This document shows positions 53,251-64,000 of a stretch of 64,000 bases of DNA, piece by piece. The position numbers and the translations under genes were made by a program. The stretch comes from Octopus vulgaris (lineage: Eukaryota): NCBI GenBank assembly GCA_951406725.2, contig OX597819.1, positions 72,850,001 to 72,914,000 on the forward strand, given 5' to 3'. The notes beneath the pieces were generated by a model, which was not told the DNA's origin, searched no databases, and saw only the letters and a list, made by a program, of their open reading frames with translations. Positions within the stretch are counted from its first letter, which is position 1. Each line of letters opens with the position of its first letter.

Positions 53251-54797
53251 ACTTTTAAATAAGTATCTGTTATAAGATGAGATTATTTTCAAAATAATCT
53301 CATTATTTTGAATTTTTTCCATAAACATCAAACCATGGTGTTTATTTTTAATTATTTAATTGATCAGAAACAGCCCACGAAATTCAAAGCTAGCCAGATT
53401 TCTGGATTTCGAATAAGAGGTTTGGTACTGTACCTTTTTTTTTTGGACAAATTAAGACCAGATTCATATTCTCAAATGTAAACTGATTCAGTTACTTGTC
53501 TTAGCATTGGATTATAGGGATGCACAGCTATGATATGATATACTCACCAAATCAATTGACTGAACCACCATACTTAACTAGAGCATGTCAAAAAAGTATA
53601 GATGCAGGTTACTCATCAGAGCTGTTTCCAAATATGTAAGATCTGGGGGCTTGCACACAATTAAGTATTATTCCCCTCATACAGTATATTTCTTACTTTG
53701 CCATTGTTATGTGGGTTCAAAGCATACATTACATTTCTTTCTACAGGGTGTATCTGTAGAACTTTCAGACGATGGATCTGTTGGATCTACCATTTTTTCT
53801 TTCTCATGTCTTCAATACTAAGATTAATATCTGAAGAATTACTTAAACCTGTCAGCTATTTTACTATTGAGCATAGAATCAGTGAAGACCATTGCTATCA
53901 ACTTTTTTTCACTATAGTGGAGGTCACAATCACATGTTGCCAAACTAAACATCTTAATATCTCTCCAGATAACTTTTCCCTGAGGAAGGACTATAAAAAC
54001 ACACACATACACACACCCAACATTAAATTTACCACTCCACAGTAAGTTCACAGTATTCTTTTTGTCTTTTTTAATTCAATACAGGTCTTGCTGACTCAGA
54101 CTAACATTAGTCCCTTTGGATTTTGTTTTATCACATAAACATCTTAATGGCAAATTTTGTAAAGGTAGTGAAAACTATTTCACAAATGTACCATCCTCAG
54201 GAACAGTGGAAACATATCAAGTATTTTGTTCCACATGTAGGCATCTGGGACACACAAAAGGATATGTTTTCATTTTTTGCAACAAGCATGCCAAGGAAGA
54301 TTCAAAACAACAGGCACAACTTGTACGATGGTGACACTTGTTTACAACTATCATATGCTATCAAGACAAGATATAAAAACATATATACAACAAGCTTATC
54401 AAATCCACTTACAAGATGCCGTACAGTAGGACTGAACCTAAAGATCACTGGGTTGGGAAGCAAACTTCTTAACCACACAGCCATGCCTATGCATGGAATA
54501 ATCCAAGATTTATACTTTGTGTAGATATTATAAACATACTTTGACAGTTTATAAATACATAACAGTAATAATAATTTTTTTATAACCTAGGCACCAGGGA
54601 AAGAGTTTAGTTGTTTAAGCTGACTGGTACTTTATTTCATCAACTCCAGAGGCTTGAAATAACAGCAAAGTTAAGCATGATGGGATTAAGCATGGAGAGA
54701 TAGAGAGAGAGAGAAGAAAAAGAAAAGGGAATTCAATCTAAAACCATCAACAGAATTACTTGAGATATCAAACTGACTACAGTCATGGTTGATAAGG

Positions 54798-55203
54798 GCG
54801 TCCCCAAAGTCCATCCCCTCCTCACCGTGGTGGAGATGCTGACAACGGGTAGTGTCAGAGCTATGCAGTCGGGAACTTCAGTTCCTGGTAGTGCCACCCA
54901 AGGCAGATTGGTCTGACGACGAGTGGTATTAGGGCCACAACCCGGCAGACCGGGCTCTGGTGAAAATCCACGGAGTGTCTGTTTCGGCAACCAGTGGCTC
55001 CTCGGTCGTTCTGTCCCCGCGTCTGCGGACAATCTGCGGCAAACAGGATGTCTCTACATGCGTGATTGTTGAGGACCGCTTATGAAATTCATATTCCCAC
55101 GAAACTTCTTCCACTGCCATGATTTGAGATGCCTCGAGGGTGGTGGAAGAAGCCAACTCAACCTGCCCAGGGTGAATGTCGCCACAAGTACAAGTAAGTA
55201 AGT
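54798..55203 (+). mobile_element. Young non-autonomous RTE-derived retroposon (RTE 5' leader plus 3' end) with 13-bp TSD
   Basis: TSD atggttgataagg at 54785-54797 and 55204-55216; (AAGT)n tail; CpG-rich. The leader motif cc..cgtggtggag..gagctatg..ggtagtgccacccaaggca..ggtc resembles Expander/Rex3/BovB 5' leaders as I recall them. Confidence 0.85.
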
Positions 55204-55369
55204 ATGGTTGATAAGGAACGTGAAGGACAAAAGAAACAAAAAGAAAATTCCCATGGCTTTAAAATCTCACGTAACTTTTCAATAGTAGAGGTGGCAATGT
55301 ATCAGTGGTTAGTTCACAGAGGTGAGCAAACTTTGGACATTTCACAGAGAATGGTCATAAAAAATAAAA

Positions 55370-55810
55370 GAAAGAAACAATTTCCATTATCCATCCATCT
55401 GTTTTCTCTGCCTGAGAGGGTGATGGAGAGAGTCCTCCATAGAGTACTATCAGAAGCAATCACCATTATACTTTCTGGCCAGGTTCCCAAGCATGACTCA
55501 GACTGTAAATATTATGCAACCAATCTTGTTCTTGGTCTGTCGTGAGGTCTAGCTGGGTTTGAAGAATCCATCATGTAATTCTTTCCCAAGACATTCCAAT
55601 CACGTATCCATAGGACCAGAGATGTGACCTCCACCTGGAGAGACAGTCTGATCTCCAAGCTACACACACTATCAAGTAATATCACTCTAGAGATCCTTCA
55701 GGAACCCTATTTTGGTCGCTTGTATTCACAATCGTAATCTTTCGGTCGTTACCTAACATTTATGACCATGAGTGAGGATAGACACAAAAACTGAAGCGAA
55801 TATAGCAAGT
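55370..55810 (-). pseudogene. RTE (Expander/Rex3-like) LINE C-terminal remnant
   Basis: LAIFASVFVSILTHGHKC*VTTERLRL*IQATKIGFL..LLDSVCSLEIRLSLQVE..RPRTR..IASDSTLWR. Confidence 0.75.
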
Positions 55811-57284
55811 TTATGGCTAGACTGACTTAATGATATAATTATGTTAAAGTTCCTTAATTCAAAAAAAGAAAAATGAAAAATCAGCTATTTTTTCTATGGT
55901 AAAATAACTTCTCACAAAATAAAATGTATATGAATACATGATTCACATTAAATTTTAAATAAATTATAAACAGGAATTGTAAAAATTTTTGTACTCAATA
56001 CTTTTTATATAGAGCAAGTATTTCCCTTTAAACTAAAATATCACATTACTATAACAGCTTAAAAGCAATGCTTATTATATTAGGATAATAATGTTCAATA
56101 GAAAATTATTTCTACATGCAAATAGGTTCCATTAAATGTGTAAAAAGTTACAAGGATATTTTCCAGTAGATGTCATTCAGCTATACCAGGGATAATCAGA
56201 GTATCTTTAAGATTTAACATGCAGTCTCGAAGCTGGTTAAGTATAGAATCTCCAGTTGATAGTAATCCTTATTCTTAAGTGTAATAATTTCAAATGAAAA
56301 AGAACAACCTGTAAGGAATTCTGTTCCAAAAATATCAATTCTTTCATGGAAACCAACACAATAAATATTTAAATAGAGAATCTCTGTAATAGCTAGATTC
56401 CATATGATAATATCACAAGGGTGACAATTTTCTGAATTTAAATTTGTAAACCATTTTCACCAAGAAAGGCAAACATTAATAAAACAAAGCAAAGTTCAAC
56501 AATTGGAAACACACCAAAGTTAGTAAGAGTTGGACAGAAAAAGTAATGTCAACTTTAATTTTAAACTCTGAACCTTGAAAGATGAAACTAGATATGACAA
56601 ATAGGGCTGCATTTGATGTGACATTGCAGCAACAAATATGGGAGTCAATTTTAACATGTCTGACTTTGTTTTCAACAAACTTTTAGAGGACGAAAAGAAA
56701 GACAAAAACCATTGAAAGAATAAAAGATCAAATTATTGAGAAAAAAACCCCATAAAACTACCTCACCGAGGAAACAAAGAAAAAGAAGGGGGATGGAGCA
56801 ATGGGGTGTACACACCCAGAACAAATGGTTTCTTTAGTTGCACCTCAGACGTAATTGCAGAGGTGTTGCTGCAGAGAATGGCCAGTGACACTCATTGCAG
56901 CATCTGCCCCACCTCAAAGGGGATCATTTCTCAGACAGACTGTAATTATCCCGATTTTGTGGATGAAATTGACAGTGTTGGGTCTGGTGCTGGTCTAAAG
57001 AGGTTTCAATCCACCCGAAAGAAGACAAAAAAATAAAAACAAATGGAATTTTTCAAGCATATGCAGTCAGTGCTTTGTGTTATCAAATTATTATAGATGC
57101 CAAAACCTGATAGAAACTGGATCACAAAGTAAACTGTGTGAATATTTTTTTCACATAACATAATTTTTGTTTTCTTACAAATCCACATTTCTTTGGCATT
57201 CATTTTTACTCTTAGTGATTCTATTTTTTGTCTCTTTATCTTGTTTTGCATAATCTATAGGTTCTCCAGCACAGAACCGAATAT

Positions 57285-57600
57285 CATCATTTAACATCCA
57301 TGTTTACGCTAAGATAGGCTGGACGGTTTGACAAGGTTTGATGGACTGAAGGTCTATCATTCTACAATGTCTTTGGCATGGTTTCTGTGGTTCAACGCCT
57401 TTCCTAATGGCAACCGCTTTACAGCAGGCACTGAGTGGTATTCTTTTGTGCCACCAGAACTAGTGAGGTTGCCATGCAGCTTAAAAAACTAAGATTTTCA
57501 ACTGAGCGGAGTATAAACAGACAGGGAGGTGATTCTATGCTATAGAATTAGCACACAAGGGGCCTGAACAGCTTTCTTCTTGAAGAAGAGTTTCATGGCT
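57285..57600 (-). mobile_element. Family E tail
   Basis: atcatcatttaacatccat..tggacggtttgac..ttcctaatggcaacc. Confidence 0.7.
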
Positions 57601-58194
57601 ACTAACATTATAGAATAGCTGGGGTGGAGCCAGAAAGAGACAAAAACAGTGGTGATGAGGTGTCCTGGTAGACTCTCAGCATACAAGGTGTATAGGAGTG
57701 GGTGAAGTCAGGAGAACATTAAGTGGATACTGGATGGCCTGAAACTATGTGCAAACCAACTGGAAGAAGCTTTCTTATTATTTTATGGAGGGTGGTACAC
57801 TTAATCCATCTGTTCCTTTTACCACGTCTTCCCACTAGTCAAAGAGACTCCGAAAAAGGCCAGGGCCGCTGCTTTTCAAAACTAAGCCAATGCAGTAAAA
57901 AGTAAATAACTAAACAAATACATGATGGTACCCTGGTGCCAAACATCTATCATCAGATTGAGTTGGAAATAATGATTTCTTTTGATTAGGTACAATACCA
58001 ATTTTTATAGAAGGGAGGGCAACGGTCAGTTTATTACTGTGACTTTACTGACTATACAAAGATGAAGGATACAGTCAACTTCGATGGGGATCTTAACTGA
58101 GAATGTAGAGGCATATGCAAGACTAGTGTGATGGGTAACTTTAGAATACGTTTCCCCATCATGGTAATATCAGAAAAAAGGGCAGACATACTTT

Positions 58195-58595
58195 CAGTCT
58201 TTTATTTGTTTCAGTCATGTAACAGCGGCCATGATAGAAAACCGTCTTAAAGGGTTTTCATTTTAGTCGAAGAAAATCAACCCTAGGACTTATTATTTGT
58301 AAGTCAGGTACTTATTCTAACAGTCTCTTTTACCAAACCACTAAGTTACAGGGATGTAAACACACCAACATTGGTTGTCAAGCAATGGTGGGAGGACAAA
58401 CACAGACAAAAAGACACACACATAAATATATATGACAGGCTTCTTTCAATTTCCATCTGCTAAATTCACTCACAAGGCTTTGGTAAGCCTGAAGTTATAG
58501 TAGAAGACACTTGCCCAAGGTACCACGCAGTGGGACAGAACCCAGAACCATGCGGTTGAGATGCAAATTCCTTGCCACACACCCATTGCCTGCAT
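58195..58595 (-). mobile_element. SINE family A, full length
   Basis: Colinear with 16390-16770. Confidence 0.85.
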
Positions 58596-59316
58596 AATTT
58601 AACTTTTATCAAATCAACTGATGAAATTAATAATTTTCAAAAAAAAAGATATTGCAATAAAATTTAAAATAAAAAAAACACATTTCTCATTTGTGTAACT
58701 CCTCCCATAACCCATCATCTTTTTTGTCTCTCTCATTGTGCAATGACTGCATGTAGAGCTCTTTTTTACTCATCCTAAACCTCTTTTGTTAATTCTTTAT
58801 ATCTCCCTTTCACTTTCCATATGATGTAAAGCATTACTGGAGAAATCAACCAGCAAACATACATATTAACTATTCTATACAGATTATCTACATTAAACTA
58901 ATAACCTACCCAGAATTTAAGAAATTACCTGACATTACATTTACTACAACAGACTAATAAACTGCTGTAGTTTGCCGAATGATTTAAAACACAATAAGAA
59001 TGCCTGAACATTTACTAGGTTATGTTAGGAATAAGCAGGCATAGGAAAAATTTTTAATTCCTCAAAGGAAAAAAAAAAAATAAATAAAATGAAATAAACT
59101 ACCCGTGCAAAGTTAAAAAACTTGAAGTACATTTCTAAGTATTTGGTCAGAAGTTTTTACCGAGAAAATGCAGGTCATTGCAACATAACAATTTACTATG
59201 TTATCAGTAACAGTAATAAAGATTGAAGTGCTATGGTGATAATGAAAATTTAGAATTCACTGCTTATGAAGATATTGGAATTCAATACTTGGAGATATAA
59301 TTCTATTAACTAAATA

Positions 59317-59480
59317 GGTGCAGGTATGGCTCTGTGGTAAGAAGCTTGCTTCCCAACCACATAGTTCTAGGTTCAGTCCCACTGCATGCCACCTTGGGCA
59401 AATGTTTTCTACTATACCCTTGAACCAACCAAAGCCTTATGAGTGGATTTGGTAGGCAGAAACTGAAAGAAGCCTGTCAA
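59317..59480 (+). mobile_element. SINE family A 5' half
   Basis: aggtgcaggtatggctctgtggtaagaagcttgcttccc..accttgggcaa..gaaactgaaagaagcc. Confidence 0.85.
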
Positions 59481-59642
59481 ATATATATATATATGAGTGA
59501 AAACATTTGAGTGTTTACACATGAAATAAAATGCCACTACTGTTAATATTATCTGTGGTGAATATTTTTAATTGATAATATTTAACAGCAATAACACAGG
59601 CAGTTCAACAAGTCAAATAATATTATATAGCTATAAAATTTG

Positions 59643-59780
59643 AAGTTGGCACAAGGCATGACGATGTGGAATAAGCATTGGTCTGTTTAGAAATGGGAGC
59701 TAAATTCCTAATTAGGAATTTAGCTCCCATTTCTAAACAGGTCAATACTTTTTCCGCATCTTCACACCTTGTGCTGACTT
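59643..59780. repeat. 138-bp palindrome (foldback, probably a MITE) with a perfect loop-less 58-bp core
   Basis: 59683-59740 ctgtttagaaatgggagctaaattcctaa|ttaggaatttagctcccatttctaaacag; the outer 40-bp arms match at 30 of 40 positions. Confidence 0.9.
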
Positions 59781-59785
59781 TACAT

Positions 59786-60180
59786 ATCATTATCATCATT
59801 TAAGGTCCGTTTTCAATGCTAGCATGGGTTGGAGCATTTGACCGGGATCTGGGAAACCAGGAGGCTGCACCAGGCTCCAGTCTGATCTGGCAGTGTTTCT
59901 ACAGCTGGATGCCCTTCCTAATGCCAACCACTCCATGCTTTTTACATGCCACTGGCACAGGTGCCAGGGAAAGCTGGCAACAGCCACGATCCGTTGGTGC
60001 GTTTTATGTGCCACCGGCACGGAAACCAGTCAAGGCAGTGCTGGCATCAACTATGTTCAGATGGTGCTTTTTACATGCCACTGGCACGGGCATCTCAACT
60101 ACAATTTCCATTTGATTTTTATTTTGATGTTGATGTACTTGATTCAATAGGTTGTCTCAAGCACAGCAGGTCGCCCTACG
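59786..60180 (-). mobile_element. Family E / RTE 3' end with internal repeats
   Basis: (CAT)n tail; repeated tgctttttacatgccactggcac units. Confidence 0.8.
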
Positions 60181-60182
60181 AT

Positions 60183-60226
<44 letters not shown>

Positions 60227-60594
60227 TTCACAACAAGAAATAATATTTGTTACCTGTTACAGAAACAAAAAGGTTTATAGGACTGCAAAAGAAGTGCTCA
60301 AATATAAATGAGATGAAGATAAGGTGCCGGTGTAGTACATGATCTACAGCAACTTAAATTTACACTAGCTTATGATCTACATTCAAAATTTTGTTGTTGA
60401 CATTAGAATGGATGTAATATCTATTTGGATCCAAATATGCCAGCCATTCATCTGAGTGGATGACAGAGCCTACCCGCACTTCTTTTAAGATGGCTCTGGA
60501 GTAGCTCTGTCTCTTTTTGGAACATAAAAATAGCGACAATCTAAGCCAATTTATATGTGTGTGTGTGTATATATATGATTGCACAACACAAACC

Positions 60595-60720
60595 CTAGGA
60601 AATTGATGAGTTAACCTATTTGGACTGCGTTGATGCCAACAATGGAGACACCAAACGCGGCGTTAGCCAGCCAGATTGAGAAGGCCTCGGCTGTCTTTCA
60701 AAGACTCAAAACCATCTAGG
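60595..60720 (+). pseudogene. RTE reverse-transcriptase fragment
   Basis: Frameshifted IDEL-TYL-DANNGDTKR..IEKASAVFQRLKTI*, the RTE post-RT FxYLG..RIxKAxxxF motif. Confidence 0.6.
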
Positions 60721-61638
60721 CAGGAAGGGTGATCTTCTTCGTGTAGCGTCGTTGCATTGCCTCAAGTTCTGAGATTAATTTGACTCTAGTTGGTGAACAT
60801 AGCTGAGAGCAATAGTCAAAGTGGCTTAGAACAAGTTTCCTCCAGTGGACCATCATGGTTTCCTGATCTCTTGTTCTAAATGTTCTAAGAATCAATCCAG
60901 TCAGCCACCTCCATTTCATTGCCAATTTAGCAAGATGCACATAGAAGGATGCATCATTACTGATGTAAATGCCAGGTCTTGCACTGACTTTGCCTCTGGG
61001 AATGCAATCCCTCCAGGTCCAGTGTATTCATTGGGTACTGCATTTAGTTTTGCATGCTGAGAGCACAAAGCTTGAAGCTTTTCAGTGTTAAACTGCATGC
61101 TATTCTTTTCCACCCACTTGTATATTTCATCCATCTCACATTGCAGGTGCATAGTGCCTTCAGGGTTCTGTATTATCTGTGAGACTTTTGTATCATCTGC
61201 ATAGCTTGTGATCATGGCTCTCTGTGTGGCTGCAGGCATGTCTGAGAGGGCCATTATGAACAGTAGTGTTCTCAAAACAGTGCCTTGAGGAACACCGCTT
61301 ACAATTTCCGTATCATTGGAGGAGGTGACATTTGCTACTACCACCTGACTTCTGTCCTTCAGAGAGTCATGCAACATATTCTATGATTGACTTTATCAAA
61401 GGCCTTTGCAAAGTCGCGATGTATCACTTCCACATTTGTGTGGTTGAGCAGCTGTTTCAGCACCCAGTTATAGTGTTGTAAAAGCTGGGTCAAGCAGATT
61501 CTTCCTGGTCGGAAAGCATGTTGGGTGCCAGGCAGCATATCATTTTCTTCAAGGAAAGTGATTAGTTTACTTCTGACTATTCATTCCTTGACTTTGCTGA
61601 TGTGCAAGGTCAGGCACAGAGGTCAGTAGTTCTTGACA
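60720..61638 (-). pseudogene. CR1-group LINE reverse-transcriptase remnant
   Basis: QHAFRPGRICLTQLL, DFAKAFDKV, SGVPQGTVLRTLLF, YADDTK, NSMQFNTEK, LVLSHFDYCSQL, LEAMQRRYTK, with frameshifts and deletions. Confidence 0.92.
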
Positions 61639-61656
61639 TATATACATACACACATG

Positions 61657-61698
<42 letters not shown>

Positions 61699-62031
61699 TA
61701 TATATATATATATATACATACACGCACACATATATATATATACATATACATACACGCACACATATATATATATATACATACACACACACAAACATATATA
61801 TATATATACATACACACACACACACATATATATATATACATACACACACACACACATATATATATATACATACACACACACACACATATATATATATACA
61901 TACACACACACACATATATATATATACATACACACACATATATATATATACATACACACATATATATATATATATACATACACACATATATATATATATA
62001 TACATACACACACATACATATATATATACAT

Positions 62032-62062
<31 letters not shown>

Positions 62063-63823
62063 CACACATACATATATATATACACACATACATATATATA
62101 TACACACATATATATATATACACACACACACATATATATATATACACACATACATATATACACACACACATATATATATACACACATACATATATACACA
62201 CACACATACATATATATACACACACACGTACATATATACACACACACGTACATATATACACACACATATATATATATATATACACACACACAGATATATA
62301 TATATACACACATATATATATATACACACATATACATATATATATATACACACACATACACATATATATACACACATACATATATATATACACACATACA
62401 TATATATACACACATACATATATATATATACACACACACACACACATATATATACACATACATATATATACATATACATATATGCACTTACACACGTATA
62501 TAGACAAATATGTACATACATACATACATATATACATATATATATGCATACATACATATATACATATATATATGCATACATACATATATACATATATATA
62601 TGCATACATACATATATACATATATACATACATATATACATATATATATGCATACATACATATATATATGCATACATACATATATATATGCATACATACA
62701 TATATATATGTATACATACATATATATATGCATACATACATATATACATATATATATGCATACATACATATATACATATATACATACATATATACATATA
62801 TATATGCATACATACATATATACATATATACATACATATATATATGCATACATACATATATACATATATATATGCATACATACATATATATATGCATGCA
62901 TACATACATATATACATGTATATATGCATACATACATATATATATGCATGCATACATACATATATACATGTATATATGCATACATACATATATACATATA
63001 TATATGCATACATACATATATACATATATATATGCATACATACATATATACATGTATATATGCATACATACATATATACATATACATATGCATACATACA
63101 TATATACATGTATATATGCATACATACATATATACATATATATATGCATACATACATATATACATATATATATGCATACATACATATATACATATATATA
63201 TGCATACATACATATATACATACATACATATATATATGCATACATATATATATATACATACATGCATGTATATACATACATGCATGTATATACATATATA
63301 TATAATTATATACATATCATTTAACATCCGTTTTCCATATATAAGTATATACGTACATATATATACATATATGTATATACATATATGTATATACATACAA
63401 ATATGCATGCATATATATACATATATGCATGCATATATATACATATATGCATGCATATATATACATATATGCATGCATATATATATATATATGCATACAT
63501 ATATATACATATATGCATACATATATATACATATATGCATACATATATATACATATATGCATATATGCATACATATATATATATACATATATGCATACAT
63601 ATATATACATATATATACATATATGCATACATATATATACATATATGCATACATATATATACATATATGCATACATATATATACATATATGCATACATAT
63701 ATATACATATATGCATACATATATATACATATATGCATACATATATATACATATATGCATACATATATATACATATATGCATACATATATATACATATAT
63801 GCATACATATATATACATATATG

Positions 63824-63865
<42 letters not shown>

Positions 63866-63890
63866 TACATACATACATATATGCATACAT
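61637..63890. repeat. Compound purine-pyrimidine micro/minisatellite of about 2.25 kb
   Basis: (TA)n(CA)n blocks at 61640-62480; units of about 28 bp at 62510-63300; 22-bp units gcatacatatatatacatatat at about 63490-63830. Confidence 0.97.
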
Positions 63891-64000
63891 CATCATCACC
63901 ATCGTTTAATGTCCATTTTCCGTGCTAGCACAGGTTGGACGGTTCAACCAGGATCCAATGTAAGCACAGCAGGTCTTTCTGCAATCCAAAGTACTTTGGA
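63888..64000 (-). mobile_element. Family E tail, cut by the window edge
   Basis: catcatcatcaccatcgtttaatgtccattttcc..ggttggacggtt. Confidence 0.75.

Noticed and set aside
54923-54960. Pistol-ribozyme-like GUGG-UAUUAGGG-CCAC hairpin
   Set aside because: The downstream pistol architecture is absent; it fits better as part of the HDV-like P4 domain.
60916-61377. 153-aa RT ORF as a functional gene or retron/DGR-like system
   Set aside because: It is a frameshifted, deleted fragment of a CR1-group LINE in eukaryotic context.
61567-63928. Long ORFs of 174-567 aa on both strands
   Set aside because: Alternating purine-pyrimidine repeats cannot form stop codons; the products are I/Y/H/T or M/Y/V/C low-complexity artefacts.

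Overview
AT-rich, repeat-saturated animal genomic DNA, most likely an intron or intergenic stretch of a coleoid cephalopod (Octopus-like). That assignment is inferred from the recurrent tRNA-derived SINE families, (GAT)n-tailed RTE ends and very dense CA/TA microsatellites. I can support no protein-coding host gene, rRNA, functional tRNA or CRISPR array, and the long ORFs at 61.5-63.9 kb are microsatellite artefacts. The window holds more than 40 SINE or retroposon-tail copies in about five families. It also holds decayed RTE, CR1-like and Penelope-like retrotransposons, two Tc1/mariner fossils, hAT-, piggyBac- and TA-type MITEs, a solo LTR and a 2.25 kb compound minisatellite. The most interesting observations are: (1) a young, TSD-flanked 406-bp non-autonomous RTE-derived element at 54798-55203 whose first nucleotide coincides with the predicted cleavage site of an HDV-like ribozyme fold; (2) Penelope-like 3' ends carrying a tRNA-like Pol III module just upstream of a minimal hammerhead motif; (3) a 138-bp palindrome with a perfect 58-bp core; (4) a pre-miRNA-sized hairpin at about 46.2 kb. 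SINE and LINE boundaries were read by eye and are approximate unless TSDs are given.
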